Below are positions 27,491 through 39,560 of a DNA stretch of 64,000 bases, in pieces. The notes beneath the pieces are model-generated. The model was not told where the DNA came from, made no database searches, and worked only from the letters and a program-made list of their open reading frames with translations. A program made the translations under genes and the position numbers. Source of the stretch: the human T2T-CHM13v2.0 reference genome, Homo sapiens; assembly GCF_009914755.1 (NCBI RefSeq), contig NC_060947.1. One strand, 5' to 3'. Positions within the stretch are counted from its first letter, which is position 1. Each line of letters opens with the position of its first letter.

Positions 27491-28409
27491 CATTGTTTTC
27501 ATTAAAAAAATTACCCAATTGGGGGAAACCAGGGGAGGGCATGCTCATGGAAGATGCTGCAAACTCACCTCATAGAGGCATAGTGCTCAAAAGATCACAG
27601 GCTTTGGAGCCCCCAGAGAGTTCCTAGTTCCACCACTTATACTTGTGCAACTGTAAACACATACTCAACTTCTATTTCTCACAGAGTTGAAATAAGATTA
27701 AAATACTGAAGTAGCTAGGAAAGAGCCCAGCAACTAGTAAGTGTTTAACAAATGCTGTGTATATTTACCAACAAGAGTTGAATAAACTAGAGAAGGATCT
27801 GGAGAAGATATTGTAATCTTCAAACGTTTAAACATTTGTCTTAAGAAACAGAAAAGTATATATTCTGGAGATTCCTGGGGTGCCACATGATGAAATAGAT
27901 GAAAGTAACAGGGAAACATATTTTTACTCAATGTAAGTATGAACTGTATAATGATCAGAATATATGGATATTGGCAGAGATGACATAGCAGAGTAAAGAA
28001 CATTCCATCCCTGAAGGTATTTTTAAAGATAGAGCAGTTAAACATTTTCCAGTGGGCTGTAAGGAAATCATGCACTGGGTAGGCAAATGGACCAGAACAA
28101 TACTAAGACACGTGTAATGTCTAACATATTAATGTCCATAGTCCAGGGTGTCCCTGATGAGAACTCAGTGTTCACCACTACTATGAGGTACATCATCGCT
28201 GTAATTTTCCAAAGTATAGGAGTGTCTGGGATAAAACAAATTGATAACTGGAGGATTTTTTAAGAAAATTTTTTTCATCTAATTCCAGAGCTGATGTATA
28301 CTGTATAAGCAAACTCAAGGTTTCTTTTGGATGACAAAAAATTTGCAGGTGCACCAAAGTGAAGTATGGTGCAATTATATATAAACACACCAAATATTTT
28401 CCTTTCCAG

Positions 28410-28491
28410 ATTGTCTATAAAGATGGGCTTCTCTATGTCTATGCATCAAATGAAGAGAGCCGAAGTCAGTGGTTGAAAGCATTACAAAAAG
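28410..28491 (+). CDS. BMX: BMX exon 4 (PH) IVYKDG...ALQK
   Basis: TTCCAG| and |GTAATT, 82 nt. Confidence 0.98.
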
Positions 28492-31400
28492 GTAATTCAA
28501 AAAAAGAAATGTTGAAAGAGAAAGGTCAAAAAAAGCCATAAAAGAGAGTCGTTTTTTGAGGCTTGGTGGAGGAAAGACATGGCAGTAAAAAGACTCAATG
28601 CCAAGAGACAATCTACTGATTTTCCTACCAACCTCAGGGAATGTGTCAGACTCATCCTCATTTTTGCTTTCTCATTGTTACATACAGGAAGCCTGTGGAT
28701 TGGATTCCCTGGCCCACACAAAGCCAGTATTGTGCCTTCCCAGCAGCTTAGGGGAAGCCAGGCCACCTGCTCTCCACTCAGTATGCTTGCCTTTACCAGG
28801 GGAAAGTCTAGGTCATCATGGGGCTATGTCAAGTCCTGTAGCTACCACACTTTTGATGTTTATAGAAAGTTACATCTAATACTTATACTGAGCATTTACC
28901 ATTTGCCAGCTACTTTATCAAATGCTTGTAAAACATTTTTTTAGGTAACCCTCTTGACAACTCTATTGAAAGGGGTAATATTATTCTCCATTTTTCAGAC
29001 AAGTAAAGTTTTTAAAACATGGCCACTGTCATAGATACAGTAACGAGGGACTCAGAACTCAATTACCTAAACCTGATTTTTTAACCAATACATTGTAAAT
29101 GCTAGGCAAAACTGAAGATTTAATGAAGCTTTTATTCAGTGATGTTTAGGCCGCCCTGGTAACAACTTTTGGTAGAAGGGAGAGAATCATTGTTAATGAT
29201 TTGGCACTATAGTATTTCCCTCTGTGATATTTTCAAGATGGGTAAAGGTGTGAAGACAATATTTAACTCAAATGAATGGCTCCATTTGTGAAATTTCAGG
29301 TATTATGCTCCTAGATGGAGGAAGATTTTATTTTATTTTATTTTATTTTACTTAAGTTTTAGGTTATGGTTCTTTCTTAGTACACCTCAAATTACACACA
29401 GTTACTCCACTTTGATGCAAATACACCCTTCTCACACATAGGGCTTAATTTTTCCTTTGCATAAAAAGGTTTAGCAACCCATTCTGCGGGTAGCAAGTGG
29501 TCCACTGGGGGACAGAAGCTTCCCTCTACCCACCACCAGCTCATTGAAATGAGAAAGACAACCCCTCTAGAGTTAGACACACCTGCAGCAAAGTGCTGCT
29601 TTGCTGTGTCACCTAATAAAATCATCTACCATCTCTGGGTTTAAGTTAATCCTGACCTGTCAAATAGGAGATCACATTTCTTTTCTCCTAGAGCAGTCAC
29701 GAGCCACAGATGAGACACTCATAAATATATTAAAATATCTTATGCACAAACATGAGTCACTGTGGTTACTGTAGGGCTTCTAGGAGGAGCTCTAAGATTC
29801 TGCTTCCCATTTAGTCTCCTTTGGTGGAATTTCCTGAGCGGTAGGTGCTATGTCCTATGTACAGCTCTTGGTCATGCCCTGCTAGATCTCATGTGTCTGA
29901 GCAGCTCATGTGAAGACATACGAAATGTAAAGGAAGAGCAGAGAAAGAAGCAAAAACACATCTCCTAGCCCCTCATAAAACTGCAGAGAGTCCCCATCAC
30001 TACAGCTGCCATATGCACAATAAGTGGTTTGTCTCTATGCACAGTAAGTGGTTTGTATCAGTTAGTGATGTTTTGGGCTGCAGGTAAAAAGACATCAAAC
30101 AGTTGCTGAAACAAATCCACTTTTGTTCTTCTCTCACAGTAACAAATGCAAAGATAGGCAGTCAGTCAAGGGCTAGTGCAGCAACTCAGTGAAGTCAGTA
30201 GGGATGCAGGCTCCTCCTAGCTTTCTGCTCTGTTATCCTTAGAAGCTGCAGGAGAGATTCCAAGCCTTCCCAGAAGCCTCCCTGCAAACTTGTGCTTATG
30301 TCACATCATCCAGAACTATATCTGATGGCCATTGATGTGTACAAAGGAGGCAAGAAGACAGTATCTTTTTTTTCCAGTCTCTGTGCTGGAAGATAGTGAG
30401 AAAGAAGGTGCATGGGATTTGCTGTCAAGTTGGCCAACCAACCTGCTGCAGGAAAACAAAGAGGTTCTCCTGCTCAAATATTCTCCCCTACAAAGTTTCA
30501 TTGTGCTATAATGGCTCCTCCTGCCTTTTGTGTCTATTATTTGGCTCAAGCATTATAAACTGAGGTAGACATTTAAGATAGAATTTTCCAGATGTTAACC
30601 TACACTTGGAAGGTTTGGGCTGATTCAGTGGTAGCATAGGAGTGTGTGTCAATTATCATGGTTCTGAATTCAGCTAACCAGATGTGGAAAAAATGTGCTC
30701 TTCCTTCCAAAAATTAAAACAGAAGGGGGTTTTGCAGAGGAGTTGGCACCTGTACATCATAATGTAGTAGAAAAAGCCTGAGGCTGAGTCTCAGGTCTGC
30801 TATTTATTAAGCTTGTGAAGTTGAGCAATTGTACTACCTCTCTGCACTTCAGTTTACCTAACTCTGTGAGAGGTGTAATAACAATAGCTACCCCTCAGGT
30901 TCTTGAATTGATTAAATTAGAGGACATATGTAAAGGAAAATACATAAATGTAAAGTCCTATGGATATATGAATATATGAGTTCCTCTTATTGTCGTTATT
31001 AGGTGGTGAGACTGTTGCAATGTAGACTTTTGGATTTGGTTGGAAAAAGAATTAGTTACCCAGGAAACCAAATCCATGTAGTAAGGAAATAATAGGAATC
31101 CCAACATGTGGAGGCCAGAAGCTTAGAGAGCAGGAAGGCAAGTAATGTGCCCAAGAGATTGCAATGGCCATTTGGAACCAAAATCAGAAACTTACGTTTT
31201 ATAATTTTAACTCTTTTTGCCTTTTGTGATTTCTGTCATAATTTCCCTTTAATTCTCATTAGTAAAGTTTTTTAATGCCAGCATTTTCAGCTAAACTGAG
31301 CTAAGTTAAATTAAGGGAATGATATCACTAAAGCCCACTGTTTATTGAACACCTACTTACTCTGGGCCAAACACTGCTGGGTGCTTTACATACATTATCT

Positions 31401-31799
31401 AACAGCCTCCCAATGACCCAGCAAAGTAATTATTATCTCCATACGCTTCCTTGAGTCAGGACTGTAAGGATAAGCATAACTCTCCTGGGATCAACATAAG
31501 GAAATCTCAAGATGAACATAAGGTCAAGAGAGAAAGAGTTAAAGGCACATATAGAACCAGCCCTTCTCACCTAGATACTCTTCTTAAAATATACTAAGAT
31601 CTTGTAGGTTTCTCTGTTGTATTTCAAAAGAGGCTAATTTGTTATAGATTACAGTTTCATTTATTTGAATTATACATTGCCCTATTCCCGTGGCTTTTTA
31701 AAATATGCACATATTCCTAGGAAAGTAGCCCCATAAACCATTCATTCCTTAGTATAAACATGTCAAAGTCACAGAAGTCAAGGAAGGGATGAGAAGCAG

Positions 31800-32660
31800 T
31801 TCTAAATTAAGGGAAACTAAGTGCCATGTTTGATTTTGAATTGGATCCTTGATCAGAAAAAAAGTGAGTGATTATAAAGGCCATTATTGGAATAATTAGA
31901 AAAATTTTAAAGATGAAATATATTTTAAATAATAAATGCAGCCATAAAAAAGAATGAGTTCATGTCCTTTGCAGGGACATGGATGAAGCTGGAAGCCATC
32001 ATTCTCAGCAAACTAACACAGGAACAGAAAACCAATCACCGCATGTTCTCACTGATAAGTGACAGTTGAACAATGAGAACACATGGACACAGGGAGGGGA
32101 ACATCACACACCAGGGCCTGTTGGGGGATGAGGGGCAAGGGGTGGGAGAGCATTAGGACAGATACCTAATGCATGGGGGGCTTAAAACCTAGATGATGGG
32201 TTGATGGGTGCAGCAAACCACCATGGCACATGTATCCCTATGTAACAAACCTGCACATTCTGCACATGTATCCCAGAACTTAAAGTAAAATAAAAATTAA
32301 AAAATTTTAAAAATTAATAATAATAATAATATTGTATCAGTGTTAAATTTCCTGAGTTTGATAATCGTATTACAGTTATATAAGGGAACATCCTTGTTAA
32401 TATAAGCTATGTGCTGAAGCATTTATGGATGACATTATTTAGGTCATACCATCTACTACTTCCTCATAAATTATTAAGCACAATATAATAATGATTTTAA
32501 AATTTAAAGAATAATACATATGTACAGAGAGAAAGAGATACAGCAGATGTGGCAATCAGTTAATAATTGGTGAATCTAGGTAAAAGGCATATGGATGCTC
32601 ATTGTATTAATCTTATTCTTGCAACTTTTCTGTACATTTGAAAATTTTCACAATAAAAAG
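31800..32660 (+). mobile_element. Old L1M 3' fragment with nested L1PA 3' end (~31937-32300)
   Basis: GCAGCCATAAAAAAGAATGAGTTCATGTCC...CACATGTATCCCAGAACTTAAAGT plus A-rich tail within diverged L1MC/ME-like sequence. Confidence 0.85.
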
Positions 32661-33084
32661 TAGATGGAAGTGTATGTTTATTCAGGCCTTTTTTTTAGAA
32701 CCTTTTGCTAAAATTTAGCCCCACCCTTCCCCTTCTGCCACAAGAAAACACCATGTGTTGTAACCCACTCACTTTCTTTACAGATATATCTCTAAAATCC
32801 TAACATCAAGCTGATCTGTATATGCATTTTACTAGTTATTTTTTCTTCAAAAATGATATGTAATTGTGTTGTTCTCAACATACTCATGGTTAGACTTTTC
32901 TTTTTTCTTTTTGGCTTATTAACTGTTGAGTGAAAGACCTATATCCTTCCGGAACCATTTGCTCTTACCTTGGTTGCTGGCCAAATGGGGTTTTTATTGT
33001 TCTGTGATAACAGCACTTACTGAATGTTTCTCCTCTTGGATCAACGTTTGCTAACGTCTTGTTTTCTTCCTGTCTGCTCCTCAG

Positions 33085-33204
33085 AGATAAGGGGTAACCC
33101 CCACCTGCTGGTCAAGTACCATAGTGGGTTCTTCGTGGACGGGAAGTTCCTGTGTTGCCAGCAGAGCTGTAAAGCAGCCCCAGGATGTACCCTCTGGGAA
33201 GCAT
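33085..33204 (+). CDS. BMX: BMX exon 5, Btk zinc motif (YHSGFFVDGKFLCCQQSCKAAPGC)
   Basis: CTCAG| and |GTAATG, 120 nt; H-x10-CC-x9-C motif. Confidence 0.98.
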
Positions 33205-34901
33205 GTAATGTGTGATTCCTCTGTTGGACTGGACGTTGGGTGGATAGTGCTCCATTAGGCTAAACCTGCCAGAGGCCAGAAGAGCTTGCCAGAAAACAAG
33301 ATGTGCCAGATTGGTTGGCATCATGAAAATTCAGCCTTGCAGATGCTATGTGACAAATGAAATCTCATTCTAGGGTCAATTGAGTCATGGCCATTAAGAT
33401 AATAACAATATTAACATCTGCCATTCTTTCATTTCATGAGAAACATTTTAAAAATTTGAATCATTAATCAAGCAATGAGCTGTTATTTCCTCCCATAATT
33501 TTTCTTGGTTCAAGATAAACTCCAAAAAGGTAGAATATGTTAGATATGTCATCATAGTTCAAACAGCTAGGTTTCCAGTTTGGTAAGAAAACCAGCTCGC
33601 TCTTCGTATAAATAACGAAAATCACAAACTGAAAAAACAACATTATTAAAAAAAAAAAAGATATAACTTAAGTAACACTTTTCATCACCATGTATACTAA
33701 AATGATGGTCAAATTTTAAAATATATATTTAAAGCAGTTCGCCATTCTCTATATGTGTGTTAATTTCTTAATGACATGAGAGAAGGGGCTGCTTTACGTG
33801 AAATCAGATTCTATCCAGAGTTGTACTCCCAGGGAAACAAGAGGGACTTATATGTATTTAAAGTTTATAATTATTTAACATAAAGTTGTTGATAAATACA
33901 AAATAGGATAACTTATTTTGGTAACAGTTTTACCAGCCTGGACAAAATATGCCTGGATTACAATGGCTTTAAAGAATTGAATGAGATCAGCTACAAAATA
34001 GAACTTCATGAAATGGAAAAGATACAGGCACATAAAATATTTTTTAAATTCACTTCATGACAGTATTGATACCCAACAATCATGTTAATGTTAATACTGG
34101 TCATTTTACCCCCAAAAAATCAATTAATAAATATTCATTGTGTTTTCCATCTTAATTAGACTATACAGTGAATATTTATTAATCTCAACTAGATCACATT
34201 GCTCTATATACTCATGAATTATAGTTATTTAATGAACTATACAGATTGGTTGCACATGGGTCTTCGCTCCACTGTAAGGGACTGAGGAGTAATGTCTCCT
34301 TATGGTATTAATCATTTTCCCCAGTGGTTTTGTCTATGGTCTATTTGGTCTATTATCATTACCTAGCAGGTCAGATTCCAGCTTTGACAATGCCCTAACT
34401 TTCTGGAAGGAGCAGGAAAAAGGCCAGAGAGAGCACTGCCTTGGGATTGCCTTCCTAGGCTCTGTCTGGATGACACTCACCATGTGTTCTGGGTGCCACA
34501 GGTGCTGTGCCTCTGAGGAAAACTACAGAGTGTAGAGGTGTTGCAGCTCCTGAGCAGCTGTAATACTGTCTATCTGTCCAAGTATAATTTATTCCCTTGG
34601 CTTCTTCTGCTGAGCTACTGGGAAGTCCATGGGCATAACAACTAAAAGAGAAAAAGTTAGGTGTCTTTATTTCTTTTTGTCCAAGATGCCTTGATCCATC
34701 CTCTTTCCAGGATACATGGCCTACATAGGAGTTGGGCCTTATATAGGAAAGCTACAGAATCACTCCAGATGTTGTGTCTGGATTCACTTAATCTGGAGTA
34801 TTGCTCACACAAGCTGGTTCATTCTTTTAATTCATAACATTGAGTGTTTCTCTTTGTTTTGTTTAAAGTTCCTTCTGATATTACTTTGTTTTAATGTTCA
34901 G

Positions 34902-34966
34902 ATGCTAATCTGCATACTGCAGTCAATGAAGAGAAACACAGAGTTCCCACCTTCCCAGACAGAGTG
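34902..34966 (+). CDS. BMX: BMX exon 6 (Y)ANLHTAVNEEKHRVPTFPDRV
   Basis: TTCAG| and |GTAAGT, 65 nt, phases match neighbours. Confidence 0.95.
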
Positions 34967-35900
34967 GTAAGTCAACATTTTAAAAATGTTTTTCATGGTC
35001 AGGATATATTAAATAAACCAAGAGTTGCCAGATTCAAGACTAGAAAATGTGGAATTCATTTAGACTTCTCAGCAAAGAGAGAAAAACCATGAGCTCTAGA
35101 TAATAGCTATGGGTGGTATTGAATAGCGGATTCAAATATAGAACCATTGTAATATCTCATATTTTTGCATTTCATTGTTGTGTCTTTTCCTAGCCAGTAA
35201 GCCCATAAATAGTCACCAAAAAAAAAAAAAGAAAAAATGGGTGCATGCGGGAGATGTCCTTAAGATGGCATCACACATAACAGGCAGCTGTTATTAGCTG
35301 TCATTCTTTCCTTACCATCAACATGGCCAAGACTGCTTTGTGGAAGTATCCTGGTGTTGAAATGAAACTCTATAGGACAAAAGCAGAAAACAACATAATT
35401 CTTTCCCTCCATTATCCCTTCAAAGCTATTCAGTGGGCTTTCTTCCCTGCTTCCAAATAAAGTCTTTGCCAAATTCCATAGTTTTGCAGTCATTCTCAAA
35501 TGATAAAAATGTCCCCATTACTTGTAATCATAAGAACAGCCTCTGAATTGTTCCATCCAATGTTATTATCACATGACTGCAAACATCATTCCAAGTTAAA
35601 CATCTGTCACCTAGCTTGGGCCTGCATCACCTGGCAGCATGCTTTTGGGGAGGGATTTTGGGGGGGCTGAGATTCATGGCCCTTTCAGAGTTAGTTCCAA
35701 GGAAGATGAGGTCTAATTAAAAAAAGACACACATAGCTGTTTCTATCATGATTTGGTGGTGGTGGTATCGGAGTGAGTTTTCCAGCACTGATTCTTTATC
35801 TCATGGGAGACTTTTAGGAATTTCCTACTGAAGGGCAGATCCATATGTAGTTTTATGACAGGGGAGAGATCTTGATCCTCAGTTCTTGGATTTTCAGCCC

Positions 35901-35952
35901 TCAATCTTTCAAGATGGCTGTCAGCCAACTTTTTCCCAAGAGTGGAGTTGGC
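35901..35952 (-). CDS. ACE2: Antisense terminal-exon coding part (K)PTPLLGKSWLTAILKD*, probable alternative last exon of ACE2
   Basis: Minus-strand CTTAAT branch-like motif, GTTTTGTTTGTTTTCTTATAG| acceptor, 1 nt plus 16 codons plus TGA; phase and length fit a recalled 786-aa ACE2 isoform. Upstream ACE2 exons are outside the window. Confidence 0.65.
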
Positions 35953-36317
35953 CTATAAGAAAACAAACAAAACCTTGATTGCTCTGGTTAATTAAGCTGT
36001 ATGTAGCTCTCTCTCGAAGTACAGGCTACTGCTGTCTTTTTGCTCTACTCTCTTGGGTTCATAGCCACAGCCTTCTGTTTTTAGGGTTCCCAGGCAGGTG
36101 TGAGCCTCCTCAAATGCCAGGATACACAAAAAATGGCTTCCCATTGGTTCTCTGGAAGTTCACCTGAAAGCAAGGGGACATCTCCGCCCATCTATTGGAT
36201 CTATGGTGTCTTGGGTACTTATTTTCAGCTACACACATTCGCACACACTTCTCTCTTTCTAAGTAAAAGCCACATAATTTTCATGAATCAACATGAAAGA
36301 CAAAAATAATCCATTAT

Positions 36318-37180
36318 TGTAGTAGACTGAATAATGTCCCCCAAATTTCATATCCATGTAGAACCTCAGAATGTGACCTTATTGGAACTAGGATCTTTGC
36401 AGATGTAATTAGTTAAAGATCAAGATGAAATCACACGAAAGATGAGAGTGGGCCATAAATCCAATGACTAGTAAGATGAGAGGACACAGAGAGATACACA
36501 GAGGAGAAGGCCATGTGAAGACCTAGGAAGAGATTGGAGTTATGTTACCACAGGCCAAGGAACACCTGTTTCTTAGTCCATTTGTGCTCTACTAAGGAAT
36601 ACCTGAGGCTGGGTAATTGATAAAGAAAAGAGGTTTATTTAGCTCACCGTTCTGCAGGCTGTACAAGTAGCATAGCACTGGCATCGGCATCTGATGAGGG
36701 CCTTAGGCTGCTTCCACTCATGGCAGAAGGGAAGGGGAGCTAGTGTGTGCAGAAATTGTATGGTGAGAGAGAAGAAACAAGAGAGAGGGAAGGGAGATAG
36801 CAGGCTCTTTTCAACAACCAGCTCTCATGGGAAATCATAGAGTGAGAACTCATTCACTACCATGAGAATGGCACTAGGCCATTAATGAGGGATTCGCCCC
36901 TATGACCCAAATACCTCCCATTAAGCTCTACCTCCAACACTGGAGATCACACATCAACATAAAATTTGGAGGGGTCGAATATCCAAACCATAGCAACTTG
37001 GAACCACCAGAAGCTGGAAGAGGCAAGGAAAGATTTTATCCTAGAGGCTTCAGAATAAGTATGGCAATGCTGAAATGTTGATTTTGACTTCTAGCCTCTA
37101 GAACTGTGAAACAATAAATTTTTGTGGTTCTAATCCACCAAACTTGTAGCAATTTGTCATGGTAGCCCTAGGAAACAATT
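36318..37180 (+). mobile_element. MLT1B/C LTR with nested antisense MST-type LTR (36569-36995)
   Basis: TGTAGTAGACTGAATAATGTCCCCCAAA...GTAGCCCTAGGAAAC; insert TTTCTTAGTCC...ATCCAAACCATAGCA with TSD ACCTG / ACTTG. Confidence 0.85.
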
Positions 37181-38024
37181 ATAATCGTTAGGAGTTTTAC
37201 TTTGTTATTAGCAACATTGCTGTTTGGGTTTGAAAATATGTTTCAGTCCTGAAGCTTGAAAAGTATGGCCCTCTAAAACACCTAGGAGAAACGCCCAGAT
37301 TAGGCAAATCTATAGAAACAAAGGGTGATCAGTGGTTGCCTGGGACCAGAGTAGGGATGAGAATTGACTGCAAATAGGTATGAAGGATCTTATTGGAGTG
37401 ATGGGAAGACTGGGCTGTGGTGATAGTTATACAAGTTGATAAATTTACAAAAGTCACTGAATTCTGCACTTTAAAAAGGATGAACTACCAATAAAGTTTG
37501 TTTTGACAAGTCTAAGAGCAGAAGATAATTAAGAGCCAGAAACCATTGCATCTAGTCTCCAGCAGGGAACTTTTTGGCCAATATATTGAAAATTATCAGC
37601 TAGGCAAATCAGTGGCTAAGGGTTCATAAGCCTGTTTTGATTATAAGCTTCCCAAATGAACCAGGGATCAGAGGGTATCATGTAAAGTATGTTTTTCTTT
37701 GTTTTGTTTTTTATCAGAGTATTCAGTAGAGGGCTTATTTTCTGAATGGAGGAAATAAAAATCAGCTCTCTAGTTGTTCTGTTCAAAGAGATTTCCTTAA
37801 ATGATTTCCATTTAAGGAACTTCCTAGTGCATTTTTCTTTGGACATAACCCACTTCACAGCTCATAAATAACACTGTCCTGCATAATTAAAATTTCCAGA
37901 ATGTCAAAGCCTTAACTCCAAGTAAATGAAATTTCTGAAAAACTAAAATATAGCATGAAAAAAATATTAAATGCATCTCTTTCTGTCACACACGCACACA
38001 CAGACACACACACACATATTGTGA

Positions 38025-39150
38025 ATTTTTAACTGAAATATAACATTAACATAGAAAAGCACACAAATCCTAAGTGTTCAGCTTGATGAATTTTCACAAA
38101 CTGAACAATTCTGTATAATCCACCCTCAGATAAAGAAACACAACATCACAGAACCCCAGGGACACCCTGATGTTCCCTTTCAGTCACTACTACCCTCCAA
38201 AAGTAGTTGCTAACCTGATTTATAACATCATAGATTGTTTGCCTGATTTTGACTTTTATATGACTGGAATTATAAAGTGTGTAGTCATTTATTGTGTGTC
38301 TTCTTTTCTTCAATTTGTGAGATTCGCTTATTTTTTTAGTATGTGATTATATTTACCGTCATCATTGTATAGAATTCAGTTGTGTGAATATACAACTGTT
38401 TTGGTTTCTTATTACTGTTCTAACAAATTACTACACAAATTTAGTGGCTTAAAGCAACATACATTTATTCTCTTATAGTTTGGAAGATCATATGTCTAAA
38501 ATGGGTCTGCACAGCTGTGTTTCCTCTGGAAGCTTTAGGGAAGATTCTGTTTCCTTGCATTTTCCAGTTCCTAAGGGGTACTTACATTTATTGGTTCCTG
38601 GCTCCTTCCCCTGTCTGCAGAACCAGAAGGTTGCAGGACCTCTACTCTCTAACCTCTGCTTCCATCCTCACAGCTCTCTAATCTCTGACCACCTTATCTC
38701 CCTTTTATAAAGGCCATTTTGATTACATCAGGCCCACCCCCACAAAATCCAGAATAGTTGCCCCATCTCGAAATCCTTAATTACAATCTGCAAAGTCTCT
38801 TTTACCACGTAAGGTATTCACAGGTTCTGGGAATTAGGACATGAACATATTCGGGAGACCATTTTTCAGCCTTCAACAACCACAACATGTTTATTATTTT
38901 ATCCTCTTGATGGGCATGTAGGCAGTTTCTAGTTTTTATCTAATTAAAATAATTCTGCTATGAACATTCTTTTACAGGTCTTTTGGTTTCCCTGTTGTGT
39001 ATATATACGTAAAATTTATGAGTCATAGGGTATGACCAGATGCACATCCAGATTTACTAGATTCTGCAAACAAATTTCCAATGTTGTTGTACCACTTCAT
39101 ACTCCAACCAGCAAAATATGAGTTCCAGTTGCTCCATATCCTTGCTCATA
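38025..39150 (-). mobile_element. L1M fragment with nested MLT1 LTR (~38397-38878)
   Basis: AACTGAAATATAACATT...CAGCTTGATGAATTTTCACAAACTGAAC (L1 antisense); CTAACAAATTAC...TTTAGTGGCTTAAAGCAAC (MLT1). Confidence 0.7.
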
Positions 39151-39318
39151 CCTTTCTTCTTTCCTTGCCTCTTTCCTTCCTCCCTTCCTCCCTCCCTTCC
39201 TCCCTCCCTTCTCTCCTTCCTTTCTCTCTCTTTCAAGAGCTGATATACTTAATTGTCAGTTCCCGGTACCTGAATCTGTGCCTCACTGTGATGTATTAAA
39301 ATTTCTTCCCCTCCAAAG

Positions 39319-39560
39319 CTGAAGATACCTCGGGCAGTTCCTGTTCTCAAAATGGATGCACCATCTTCAAGTACCACTCTAGCCCAATATGACAACGAAT
39401 CAAAGAAAAACTATGGCTCCCAGCCACCATCTTCAAGTACCAGTCTAGCGCAATATGACAGCAACTCAAAGAAAATCTATGGCTCCCAGCCAAACTTCAA
39501 CATGCAGTATATTCCAAGGGAAGACTTCCCTGACTGGTGGCAAGTAAGAAAACTGAAAAG
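39319..39560 (+). CDS. BMX: BMX exon 7, duplicated 22-aa unit / atypical SH3
   Basis: CCAAAG| and |GTAATC, 242 nt; LKIPRAVPVLKMDAPSSSTTLAQYD...DWWQVRKLK. Confidence 0.96.
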
